A stretch of DNA of 64,000 bases from Takakia lepidozioides (taxonomy: Eukaryota; Plantae; Bryophyta): contig CM060733.1 in assembly GCA_030704615.1 (NCBI GenBank), forward strand, positions 22,382,001-22,446,000, in the 5' to 3' direction. The notes below the pieces were generated by a model. That model worked only from the letters and a program-made list of their open reading frames with translations. It was not told the DNA's origin and ran no database searches. Position numbers and translations under genes: made by a program. This document shows positions 38,993 through 50,717 of this stretch, piece after piece. Numbering within the stretch: the stretch's first letter is position 1; each line of letters starts with the position of its first letter.

Positions 38993-41411
38993 TATCTGGA
39001 GCATAGTGTGGTCCTGAAAGGTCCTTGGAGCAGTTGTCAGAGCCATTTCAATCCATGTTTATTCTTTCTGTTCTACTTGCATCTTACTCTACTCACTGAG
39101 CGCTTTTGTGGGTTGGGATTCATCTCCTTTTTTCAGGTACACGAAATATGTGCTTATGGAAGGAATCACCTGAGCGGAATTCCCGACTATCTTGACATGT
39201 GGTCGGACCTGCAAACGATCCAACATGTATACTGCAGGATATTGAAGGACTGGAGTCCTTCTCACTTCAGAGACTGTGGGTGGTACCTTGACTGCCCACC
39301 TGAGCACACGACCTTTCAAGAACAGCATATGAAATACTTGAACAATAACGCTGAGATGCTGGCGCCTTTGACTGACGAGAGTATCAACGAAACATTTAGC
39401 AACCTTGGCTGCCAAGGAGCCTGATGCTCAGGGAACGCCGCAGAAGGGAAGAAAGGCGGGCCGCAAACCAAAGACAAGGCTGTTGATGTCATAGCCATCT
39501 CACCAGCAAAGCCAAAGGACAAAGACAAGTCCAAGAGAAGGAAAAGGACAAGGGGAAGGAGAATGAAAAGGAGATGGAGAGTGGGCAGGACTTTAGTGCT
39601 GGAAGATATACCCGCACTCTTCAGTGCGTGTTCGATGCCAAAGCCACACCCTTCCCGTTCTAATTCAGCAGGAGAGATGAAAATTGTTAATGAGGGTTGG
39701 CTTTCGATGATGCAGAGTCGAAAGAGAGGATACACTGGGGTGCCATCCCCTACCTGGGACAATATAATCTCATTCCTCAATCTGGTGAGAATTCCACTTT
39801 CTTTCCTTTTCTCTGAATGTTTCGTTGGCAGTATTTCAGTCTCGTTCTTTGAAAACATTCATTTGCCATCGTTCTTATAAAAACATGTCTTTTGCAGGTG
39901 AGCACAGTCCCACCTTCGTGGGCGGTGTGCAGAAACCTTATGCGGCCGACATTGTCATTCTCGCATCCCGGATGGCCAGGCTGTGCCAGAAGTTCTTCCA
40001 AAGGGCAGAACGCCAGGTGGAACAAATCGAGAACACTAACTGGAGTTGGGTATTCGGTTCCAAAGGGCAAGACGCCAGGGTGGAACAAATTCGAGAAACA
40101 ACTACTGGAGTTGGTTATTCGGGTTCTGTAACAATTTCCTCTCTGATGCAGGGACACTTCTGCTTTTTCAGTCATGTGACAATGATAGTCGTCGGGCATT
40201 GGCATCATACCTCAAGTCTTCAGGGTTTGAAGTTTTGCGCACATGGAATTGTGTGAACAGCCTCTACCTTGTGAAAGGGGTTTCCCTGGTCAGCTGGTAT
40301 GCCGTCTGCCTTCTGCTTATGCTTTGATCATGAGTTTCAATTTTCTCTGCAGCTCCACTCTAGTAGAATGTTTTATGATCGACACCGATCATCAACGATT
40401 CATGGTTTTTTGGTGTCAGAGTTCTGAATAGCCGATGTACACACTTCCACTTTAGATTGTGTTTACCACACTAACCTGCTATCTTTGGCAGACGAGGATG
40501 TTCGAGGCGATCTGCCTACGGAGGATTCGCACATCAAAGACACCATCCTCCGATCCGCAGCTTTGAGATTTCTGACCATGGTTGTTTCGTCAAAACCCCC
40601 CCTATGAGCCCCATGTCGATGACATTTTGTACAACTTCATGCAGTCCAGTCAGACTCTGAAGAAGAGACCAGATGGCACTCCCTGGAGAGGTGCAAAGGA
40701 AAAGTCACCAGCATTCATGCAAATACTGCTGAGTCATGCAGCCACCGCTCTGCACGGGTGGTCGATCTTTCTGTCCACAGGTTCGTTTTTCCTTCCGAAT
40801 TGGTTCCTTTCAACAGTTTCATCTGCTTAAATCCCTCTCCAAACTGCTATGTTCTCCTGTCTGGTGCAGGAGCAACTTACCACGCATGCAAGGCAGGCGG
40901 AAGAAGAAGCCTTTTTGGTATGGAGGTGATTCTGACCTCTACAACACAGTGCTCCTCCCCTTTTGTCTGGCTCCACTTCAGGCACACAGACTGGTCGGAT
41001 TCATATTCGAAATGATGACGATCCCGAAGATAAGCAGGTCGACAACGACTTTTCATGTGAGTAAGTGCTAAACCCTCTTTGGGAGTCATACTCAATTTCT
41101 CGATAACATCAAAGTTACAGTAATAACTTTTTCAGGCTGTCTTTCAGGAAAGCCAGCGGTGGATCTTCAGGAGATACAGTCATTTCTGGCGAGTCTGTTT
41201 TCGACAGCCCCCTTTCCAATTTTCTGCTCCCTGCACGCGTCCGAGTCCCTATCCCCTGACTTTTTAGTGGCCAGCCGTAGGTGTATCCAGCATGGATCCG
41301 GTGTTCTAAAATACTTAGACTTAGATGCAGAGGAAGAGGGGATACATTGTACTGACTCTGAGTCAGACTGAACTGTATTCTTTTAATATTCATTTTCATA
41401 TTATCTGGAAT

Positions 41412-44400
41412 TGCGCAAACCTCTCTTGACTATTTGAACAACTCTCTCCGCCAAGCCATCAGCCTCGGGATGATCCCGAGAAGTAGTGCGGTGATCTATC
41501 AAGGCTTGCTCACACAAAACCTGAAACTCCCCCAAGGACTCTATCCCCTGGTCCGTGAGTAACTCGGCTGGAGCACCAAAGTGGCTAAGCACTCGATCTA
41601 AGAATGCATACGTAGCCCCCTCACTTGCCTTGTCAGACAATGCCACCAGTTCAATCCATTTGGAGAAGTGTTCCACCATCACCAGCACATACTTGTTATG
41701 GTGAACCGTCAATGGCAATGGGCCTGCGAAGTCAAGACTCTAACGATAGCCCAAACCCATAATGGATAAATGATGCAATTGTGGAGTAGGGGCATTGAAA
41801 GAAGCCTGCACTCTATCACACACCATGCACCTTGTCACTAACTGTTGCACATCCGTGTGCATGCCCCGCCACCAATATTGCCCTTGCAGCAAACTATGAG
41901 TGCGCCGCACCCCAAAATGTCCCAACTCCTCATGGGCATGGCGTACCAATCGCGCTCGTTGTGTTGGATGAGGCACAATCCTCACTCGTCCATCCTCCCA
42001 TACCCGGAGTAGGTGAGTCCCCTCTCACTTGAATCTTTTGCCTCGTTGTAGGACCAGATCCATCTCCTTAGTAGTCACACTGGCTGTTGTATCTCCGGTA
42101 CGAAGGTATGTCAACACTGCTGCATCTTCATACACATCCTTAGCACCACCAAACTCCTCATTAGTCTCTGGATCGTCATGCACACTATCTACATGACCAA
42201 TCGCATTGGATGGACCAGCTTGAGCTCTCATTGCTAGAATGCACAAAAAGGCCGATGCATGCCATCCTGGCACCATCTCCTCATCCGTCTCACCATGCCA
42301 CCAAGCTCCAGTATCATGTTTGCTTATGCATGGATTACGACTCAATCCATCTGCATCCCGATTGACAATACCGGCTCGATGCACCACCTGAAAGTCGTAC
42401 TCTTGAAGCATAAGTGCCCACCGTGCAAGTTTTCCTGTAAGCTTGTCTGACTCCATCAACCACTTCAATGGTTGGTGATCCGTGACAAGGGTGAAGGGAT
42501 TGTCATAGAGGTAGCATCTGAAATATGCCACTGCCCATACCGCAGCTAGACACTCCCCTTCATAGAAACTATACTTCGTCTCGGCATCATTGTTCAAGCG
42601 GCTAGCATATGCCACTACGAACTCTCTTCCCTCATCATCCACATGTGTGAGCACTGCTCCAATCCCCAGCATACTCCAATCCGTATGTAGCTGGAAAGGC
42701 CGCTCCCGAATAGGCTGCCTCAGAATATGTGCAGAAGTCAATCGAGCCTTGAATTCCTCAAAGGCTTCCTCCTGCTCCTCCTCCCATTGTCACTCCTTAC
42801 CCACCTTTGTCAACTTGATAAGAGCCTTTGCAATGTTGCTAAATCCCTTGACAAACCGTTGATAGTAGTTTGTCAATCCCATGAAAGCACAGACTCTGCT
42901 CACATCCATGGGGCGTGGAATGCCTGCAATGGCCTCTACCTTTGTCTGTTGAACACCCAATCTTCCAGGGTATATCATGTGGCCCAAATACTCAATCTGA
43001 TTGTGGAAGAACTTGCACTTTCCGGGATGCAGTTTCAACCCGTGCGCTCTCAAGCGCTCAAACACCACCTGAAGGTGTCTCTCATGCTCCTCAACCGTAG
43101 CACTAAAGACGATGATGTCATCAATGTAGCACCGGACGAAGTCTAGCCCCGCGAGAATCCTATCCATGACCCTTTGAAACTCTGCAAGAGCATTCTTCAA
43201 CCCAAACGGTAAGAACCGCCATTAGTACAAACAATCATTCCCATGTTGGTCAATCCCCCAGAATGTCGTCTTTGCTTGTCAGTCTCTTTGATTGGCAACT
43301 GGTGGTAACCGGATTGCAAGTCCAATGTGCTAAACACCTTTACATGCCCAATGGCATCAAAAATCTCCTCTGGAATTGGCATGGCATATCTATCGGACTT
43401 AGTCTGACGGTTCACAAGACGATAGTCCCCACACATTCTTCTTTCTGTCCAATTGCCATAGATATCATTCTTAGCTGGCATCACCGTTGCTGAGGCATAC
43501 TCCCCGCCTGACAACTCCACCAATCCAGCTTCGAACAACTCTATAGTCCGTGACTGGATCAATGACCTCTCTATATTACTATACCGGTAGGGCCTTCGAA
43601 AGATTGGCATGTCACTTGCCAAATCAATACGAATCTCCTGACCCTTCAAACTCCCCAAATCCTTCAAACCGAAGGCAAAGCAATTTCTATAAGCCCTTAG
43701 AAATCGTTGGATCCTCCGTCTCTCTCCTCCGGTGACTGTAGGTCCAACATCTGGTTCCCAATTGTCCTCAGTGACTGCAACCTTGGGTACACCAGGCTTG
43801 GAGGTAGGAGACGAATCATTTGGTTGTTAGATAGCAACCTCTTGGGCCTTGTCCGCCCAATCTGACTGTGGCGTAGCCTCCATTTGCTCTGCCATAGCCA
43901 CCTTGAGAACATCCTCTGAGCAAGAAACATTCTCAACCTCTTCAAAAACCTTGATCACCTTGGCCTCCAACTGATCCTCAATCCATGGCTCTCCCCACTC
44001 CTCATACTGTTGCTTGAGAGATCCAATGACTCTCTCTTTGTGCATCTCATCCCACATCTGCCATGAGTGTTTGCAACCCACGATCCTGTGCTTGCCCCCA
44101 CTCACTGCCTCAACCATCCCGGTTGGCAGGGAGGATGCACTATCCAATGGGAGTGCAGAAGTAGCCACCAATGCTTTCAATCTCCGTTGCTCAACCATGC
44201 ACAAGCTAATGACCCATGTCAAGCAATTTAGATCCATTGTCTGACCCAACACTTGACGGCGTGATACCTCTGATAGAGCTAGCACATCTGTAGTGCCCGT
44301 GGTAAAATCCATTGCCCGCTCTCGCTCATCCGCATTGGGCTCCACCAATTGTTGTAGCACACTGTCCCAAATCAACCCAGGACCATTGTCTCGGAAAGCA

Positions 44401-45173
44401 TGAGACGAGGGGAAACTCATGAGTGTAGGCAAGACCGCACGTGGCTGCCCCACTCGATTGACCACTGCTAGAGGTGGACGGTCATCATGTCGCACCCTCT
44501 GTGGTTGCCTCCCTTGGTCCAAAATGCCCTTAACCGTGAGATTGGGTGGCCGTTGAATGGAATCGTATGCTCTATTGAGTAGTTCTGGTGGTGCAATATA
44601 GGTCCACCACAATCGAGGTCGATGCGCGCGTGATCCCATCGCTGCTGCATCCAATAGCACCGCCGATCCAATCCAAGACCGCACCTGATGCACACTGGCC
44701 ATAACCCTGACCCGAGAATCCCCTATAAGAGGAACATTCTCCAAGATATAGCCTAGAGGTTGCACTTGCCTCGTCTGCAAGTCACGCAACACTCTCAACA
44801 TCTCCGAAAACAAATGCGATTGTGCATCATGCAAGCCATTCCCATGACCTGCGGGAGAGTGTCCTTGGCAAGGCCATCCGGCTATCACTAAGTCAATGGA
44901 ACCATGCCGGTCCAAATCATCCGCCCTGAGCAAGGTAATGTCTGCTGGCAATGCCTTTTGATACCCTTGAATTGCTGAGAGAGGCAACAACTCAGGATAC
45001 CGGTGTGTGAGCAAGGCGATGTGGCGCATAGAAATACGCCGAGTTATCTCATCCTTCTCCACATACAACACTCCTGCAAGCCCAGTGCTTATGCCTCCAA
45101 ACAGGTCTAACAAACAAATCCCTAAATCAGGTGGTTGCCAAATAATGGGCACTGTATCCAAATGAGCTAATTG
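41412..45173 (-). mobile_element. Ty3/gypsy element carrying a C5-DNA methyltransferase, copy 2 (DNMT, RT, RNase H, partial integrase)
   Basis: DLQSGYHQ, YIDDII, LHTDWS, TDHQPL, HEELGHFG and DGLAER. Collinear with copy 1. Cut at the 5' side by an L3 LTR. Confidence 0.92.
43827..45161 (-). CDS. Retrotransposon-encoded C5-cytosine DNA methyltransferase domain (DNMT3/DRM-like motif signatures, unpermuted order)
   Basis: Single frame: DLFGGISTG, YVEKD, DIT, IAGWPCQGHS, ILENV, AHRPRLWWT, ERERAM and RRQVLGQTMD. In-frame loss of ~10 codons between motifs I and II relative to copy 1. Confidence 0.9.
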   Translation of the reverse strand: MDTVPIIWQPPDLGICLLDLFGGISTGLAGVLYVEKDEITRRISMRHIALLTHRYPELLPLSAIQGYQKALPADITLLRADDLDRHGSIDLVIAGWPCQGHSPAGHGNGLHDAQSHLFSEMLRVLRDLQTRQVQPLGYILENVPLIGDSRVRVMASVHQVRSWIGSAVLLDAAAMGSRAHRPRLWWTYIAPPELLNRAYDSIQRPPNLTVKGILDQGRQPQRVRHDDRPPLAVVNRVGQPRAVLPTLMSFPSSHAFRDNGPGLIWDSVLQQLVEPNADERERAMDFTTGTTDVLALSEVSRRQVLGQTMDLNCLTWVISLCMVEQRRLKALVATSALPLDSASSLPTGMVEAVSGGKHRIVGCKHSWQMWDEMHKERVIGSLKQQYEEWGEPWIEDQLEAKVIKVFEEVENVSCSEDVLKVAMAEQMEATPQSDWADKAQEVAI

Positions 45174-46383
45174 TGTCGCACACCTCGCTTCGGTAAGCTC
45201 TCATTCAAGTCATAGTTACTCGCTTTGATGCGCGCGCCTAACTCCCAAACTGGCCGCCGGGCCAACTCGGAGCTTCGGCTGCTCACCGGGACATAACGGT
45301 CCCCCTTTACTCCTCCACAAGACCCTCTCTCAATTTGGGCCTAGTGGAAATTCCCTTTGGTTGTTGGCAGTCCGCACTACAACAGATCGCGGTAATTATG
45401 ACTGCCAAACCGTGGTAGTCATGGTTTTCTTGACTTTGACCATGACTACACCATGTTTTTATATAAAATTGACCTCCCGCAGTCGTTCATACGACTGTAG
45501 TCATGTAAACAACTATCTAAGTAATCGTCTGTATGACTACATGGCTTCGGATTGGGCGGAAGGCTGGTCAACGACAATTGACCAGATTTAACTCACCACT
45601 GATAGTCATTTCCATGACTACAATGTACATGGATGAAGTTACATAGTCATGATGACTACTTGGGATTTTGTAATTTGGTGTGTATAATACAATTAAAACA
45701 CCATATGATCACATAAATGACTAATGGGTATGTTGGTTAGCAGGTAGTGAACTATAACTCTTATAGTAAAGAGGTTCGAGGTTCAAACTCATCTAAGTAC
45801 AATCAAATGGACAAGATGGCCCTAGGGTTAGTAGGCGAGCTAGAGATAGCACGTGGTACCTTAGATGAGCTGCCACGTGGTTTTTTTAAATTAATATAAA
45901 ATGCATTATGCCACGTGGCATAACGCAGTATGACGTGACATCTGACATTTTTAAAAAAAATTATTTTGAAAAATATATATTTTTATTTTATTTATTTTTT
46001 AATTGTGCCTCGCCATGTGGCGCGGCAGCGGCGATTGCAGTATGGTATATATGACTGCAGTGAGAGATATCACTTATTTATTTGACTGTAGTCATCCGGA
46101 CCGTACCATCCTGTACTCATTGTATTGACTTGGTTTGCACGACTTACAGTCATAGAAGTCATATGTACCGTTTATGACTATAGAATAGTCATATATACAG
46201 TCATAAATACCGCGATCTATTGTAGTGCCGGAACAGCTCCCCACACCTTGCTCGCTTTCTGGCTCGCACGTTTACTCACTAGTTTTTGGTCACCAACGGG
46301 CTTGCACCGTTCTCGGGGTTACTACTTCCTATATATACACTTCTGTGACTGTCCGCGGGGGTTTACAAACAATACAGTCATTT
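45174..46383 (-). mobile_element. LTR family L3, partial older copy (interrupted by the CACTA and by another L3 LTR)
   Basis: Starts TGTCGCACACCTC like 46384. Colinear with L3 on both sides of the CACTA. Confidence 0.8.
45375..46227. mobile_element. Non-autonomous CACTA (En/Spm) element
   Basis: 30-bp TIRs CACTACAACAGATCGCGGTAATTATGACTG / CAGTCATAAATACCGCGATCTATTGTAGTG. 3-bp TSD CCG. Many ATGACT/AGTCAT subterminal repeats. Confidence 0.95.
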
Positions 46384-47099
46384 TGTCGCACACCTCAGTT
46401 CGTTAAGCTCCCCCCTCAAGTCATAGTTACTCGCTTGATGCGCGCGCCTAACTCCCAACCTGGCCGCCGGGCCAACTTGGAGCTCCGGCTGCTCACCGGG
46501 GCATAACGGTCCCCCTTTGATCTCTCAAAGAGCCCTCCAACGATTTGGAACCAGCGGAATTCCCTTTTGTAGTTGGCAGTCCGGAACAACTCCCCACTCT
46601 TTGGTCGCTTTCCGGCTCGCTCGCTTACTCACTAGTTTTTTGTCGCCAACGGGCTTGCACCATTCTCGGGGTTACTACTCCCTATATATACTTCTGTAGC
46701 TGTCCGCGGGGGTTTCACAAACAACCATGCCATTTTATGGCGAACCACCACGAACACCCTCGACTCCCAGTGATGAGTCGCGGTGAGTCTTGGCCCACCC
46801 ACCACGGCCCCTATGGACCGTGATGAGTCCCAAGACTCCCACCACGAGGTCTCCGCCCCAGGGTGAGTCCTATGCCCACCCCACTAAGTCCCGCTAAGCT
46901 ACCACCACCCCTTGTGGAGCCACCCCCACCGCAACCCGGTGTGCGGGGCTCCACCTAGTGAGCGCCTCCGCCTCCTTGAGTGCCTTGGGCACTCAAGGGT
47001 GCTTCAGTCCCCCCATACCTATTGTTGCCACTGCCCCCACCACAGGGGCAGCCCCTCTTGTGTCCCAACCCCCTGCCCTCAAGGCAAAGGGCCGCGACA
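46384..47099 (-). mobile_element. LTR family L3, 3' LTR of a chromovirus
   Basis: TG...CA termini. Inverted match to 6223-6950. Lies downstream of the integrase-chromodomain. Confidence 0.88.
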
Positions 47100-48005
47100 C
47101 ACACCCCTACCAACAGGGAGTCGATGTCCTCATCGGCTTGTCCATTTTGTGGAAACGAACATCCAAGTTGTGGCGTCCCACATCAAGGAATTTGTTTCCG
47201 TACCATGGCGTCCCATGGCAAAGAACCAAACCCAACACTTGACTCTACTCTCCACTAGCTAGTTCGGCCGACTTCCTCCAAGTCCCTGCCAAGGGTGGAG
47301 CCTCTCAAGCTCCTCCCAGTGCACTCTTCTTGGCCTACTTCAAGGCCAAAGAACGATTCTCTCCGAGGATCGAATCGCCTTACTGCAACAACATTGCTTG
47401 CAACCGCTCATGATGCCGCTTTTGGCATCACCTTGAGCAAGGGTTCACCTCGAACCCTCTTTGACTAGGAAGATAACCTTGAACCAACCGCGCGCCCCAA
47501 TCACTACAATTGGGTCCGCCTTGGAATGCTGGCCTGAGGTACGAAAACACGCCGAAGCCGCACTACGATTTCGTCCCGAGGCTACACGATTATAGTACGT
47601 GAACGGAAGCACGTAGCTTCCGCGTTAGCCCGCACTACAAAGCAACCCCCTCAGTAGCGCAGTTATAGTATGCGCACGCGCAAGGTGCGCACTAGCACGT
47701 GAACTCCTAAAGAAGGCGCAAGTTTCCTTGCCTCTTGGATGGGAGTCACCCGATTTCGGCACTGCGCAATTACACGATTAATCCAATTTACCTCTCACAC
47801 TTTTGTAAGCTAGCATGCATTCTACACACTTGCCAACCACATCATGCATCACCATTCCAAACAAAATAGGACACACAACATTTGGAACCCATTTCCTTTA
47901 TAACAAATTTTTGTACAATACAAGTTTTTGCAATCGGGTTCCTAAGCTAGCTAAGCCGGGCTAAGCATGCATTTCCTCCCCCACGCTCTAAGGTTGATGT
48001 CCCCA

Positions 48006-50717
48006 TCAACGCTTCTTCCGCTTTTGAGGTCGCCCTTTGAAAACTGCAACCACCTCGGATGCGTTTCCCATTTCTGAGGCACGCACCCAAGATGCCTCCA
48101 CATGATGATAGCCCTTCCATTTGACGAGATACTCCGTTTCTCGGTTCTTGAACCTCCTCGACTTAAGTACTGCCTCCACCTTATACTCAGGTTCATTTTC
48201 ATGATCCAACAACACAGGTGGCGGACGCAACAGTTGATGCCGATTCAGACGTGCTTCATCTTTGAAGTAAGGCTTCAAAATGGAGACGTGGAATACTGGA
48301 TGCACCTTGCTGTTTGCCGGCAGCTCCAATTCATACACATCCTCATTCATAACCTTCCGGATGCAAAAGGGTCCCGCATACGGAGGTACGAACTTTGGAC
48401 TCACTTCCGGAGGTAGTCGGAAATTCTTGATGTTCTGTAGTGTGAATGCAGGAGAGTAACAGTGAAATTTTGTTTGGCATCAGGATTCGGCATTACTACA
48501 AAGGGAGAGCCCTGGTGCTAATAACAAGGAGGGAAGTATCCATGCCTACAGTTAATTCCATGGGCACAATATGCTATTACGCTGCCAGGACAAAATGTGG
48601 ATAAGTCATGAAATGCACCTTTTCCATCCATAGGATGAATGGCTTTCATCACTGGTGATTACCATAGAAACACAGGTCGAGGAAGCTTAGGGCTTGCTGG
48701 AGGATAATCGTGCAGGGAACAACAAGGTAATTTTGCTCAAGCCAGGTGAAGGGAGGCGGTGCAGTAATCGTTTCATAGTTTTGAAGAGAGGGAGTGTTGC
48801 AGGACGATTCATGAAGGGCAAGTAATATCATGTGCTACTGACAGAAGTAATGAAGGCATTGAGGCGGTGCTGCTTGTGATTTGACCTCTGAAGATATAGG
48901 AGTTGCGGGGAAAGCAGCTCGGTGGAGGGGCGGCAGTGCCATCGTTACTCTCATGACCACGATGACAGGGAGGATGAACTTGCAAGGGAAACGGCCTGCT
49001 GACAGGGAATAGAAAGGTGGGGTTGCTGGCACAATCAAAGGCTAGTTAAAGTGATGGAGCAGCTCCATCACGACGAGCATCTGCCGAGGTAGGGAGTGCA
49101 AACTGATACTGCCGCCATTGCATTCATGTGCGATTATTGAAAGCTGCACTTGTGGGAGAAGCAATTGCTGCCAGATGACGGGCAGCGATGGGATTACTGA
49201 CTTGACCACATGTTGATTGATGCAATCGCCAGCATGAGGGCGTTGGCTTGTGGACAGTGGTACAGGTTATCTGTAAATAAGGAGGCAAAGGAGTGAAATG
49301 TATAGAGAAGAAGCTTTCAGATGATGACTGTCTGCTTGTTATCATATCAGATCGTAGGGTAGATTAGCAGAGATGGTAGGATAGGGTAGTTAGTTGGCAA
49401 GCGACAAGGTTACTGCCATAGGTTGAAACAGAGCCGTCATGACTCACTGAACGCTTAAATCGACAAAATATCTGAAAGGTGGAGTGGCAGAGCAATGACA
49501 GGATCTGACATGCATAGATCTTTGTTTTTACAACGTGGCATTCAGACGACAAGAGGAGTTAGGGGAGCTGCTGACAGAGATGGTGAGGTGCCATTTCGGG
49601 CAGGCAATCCCACCGCTTCAGCTGGAGTATAAGAGAGCTAAGTTCATAGATGCAGGGCTCTTCTCTTACTTAGGGATAGTTGCTATGGAATTTTGGTAGA
49701 GATACTCTCAATGGAAATGAGGGAGATAGAAAAAGATTTTGGCAAATGGAATGGAGACTTCTGGAATTCATACCAGTCCTGGTGGTAGAGAGAAAGTGAG
49801 GCAGGGTGGAAGTTGTGTGGAGTGCTGCAAGAAGTTGGGAAGTTAGTTCTTAAACATAGGATGCTTCCTATTTTGGGAGGATGTGAATGAGGTTGAGTAA
49901 AGAAGAAGTGCCCATGACTTACAATGAGGGCAACATGCATATAATTAGGTTAGGCAGTAGCATTTTCAGAGAGAATGAATCAGGTGGAAGTAAACCTGTT
50001 GGCTGCTGATTGCATGATTACTTAGAAGCATGCAGGGGCTAAGGGCTGCAACAGAGAAGATCACTTGAGGGTGATTATTGGTAGCCCATTTTGTATCTGC
50101 AAGAAGGGATTGAGAGGGTTGAAAGTGTCATATGTCCTTGATGATGCAAAGGGATGGGGAAAAGAGATCTTGAAAGAGGAATGGTGGATCATCAAAGTGA
50201 GGCTATGTGTGTGTGAAAAACCTGGAGCCCGTTGTAGTTGAACCAGTGACCATAAAACTTGATGTGTATTTCATGGGTGCTGGCTAACCTGATTTTGTGA
50301 TAATGTATGTCTTGAAACATTTAGGAAACAGAACCCTGGCATATGCAATACCCTGTTTACAAATGAGCCAAGTTATAAGTTTGAGAAACTTCTCAACCCA
50401 TGTCCATGTCTTCTCTTCCGCTGCGGCGTGGATGAGGGTACCCAATCTCTGATCATGAATAGAGTAGGAGTGATTAAGTGTGGTGTGAGTCTTAGGGCAG
50501 TAAGTGTGTATTTGGGTAAGGAACAATTTAGGAGTTAACTAGAAGGGGATTTATGCCCCCTTCTTTTCACACTACAGTTCAACCAGACCTCCGTGCCTGC
50601 CTCAAACTTCACTTCCCTCCGCTTCCGATTCGCCTGCCTTTCATACCATTTCCTAGCTTTGGCTATGTTGTACTTTGCGAGCTTCAACAAACGCTCGCGT
50701 TCTTCCAGTACCGCCGC
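48006..50717 (-). pseudogene. Chromovirus integrase C-terminus + chromodomain, split by a solo LTR
   Basis: ANRKRREVKFEAGTEVWLN|IKNF...YAGPF...HPVFHVSILKPY...EYKVEAVL...YLVKWKGY...SW. The frame rejoins when 48436-50576 and one TSD copy are removed. Confidence 0.9.
48436..50576 (+). mobile_element. Solo LTR, family L1
   Basis: 11-bp terminal inverted repeats TGTAGTGTGAA...TTCACACTACA. 4-bp TSD GTTC. Confidence 0.92.

Larger units (their letters stand above)
35730..41371 (+). pseudogene. Multi-exon accessory gene, family A: ParB/Srx-like domain fused to a beta-class N6A/N4C DNA-methyltransferase-like domain
   Basis: MFYVWDGNHRLLAW (~36930); DIVIL(D)IPDG (~39950, 1-nt deletion); FLSDAGTLLLF; WRGAKEKSPAFMQIL...RVVDLS; GATYHACKAGGRRSLFGME. 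GT-AG introns; three positions shared with the family B gene. Confidence 0.7.

Noticed and set aside
48436-50576. CACTA call for the CACTACA-containing termini of L1
   Set aside because: The element ends are TG...CA, and another copy adjoins a PBS and gag, so this is an LTR.
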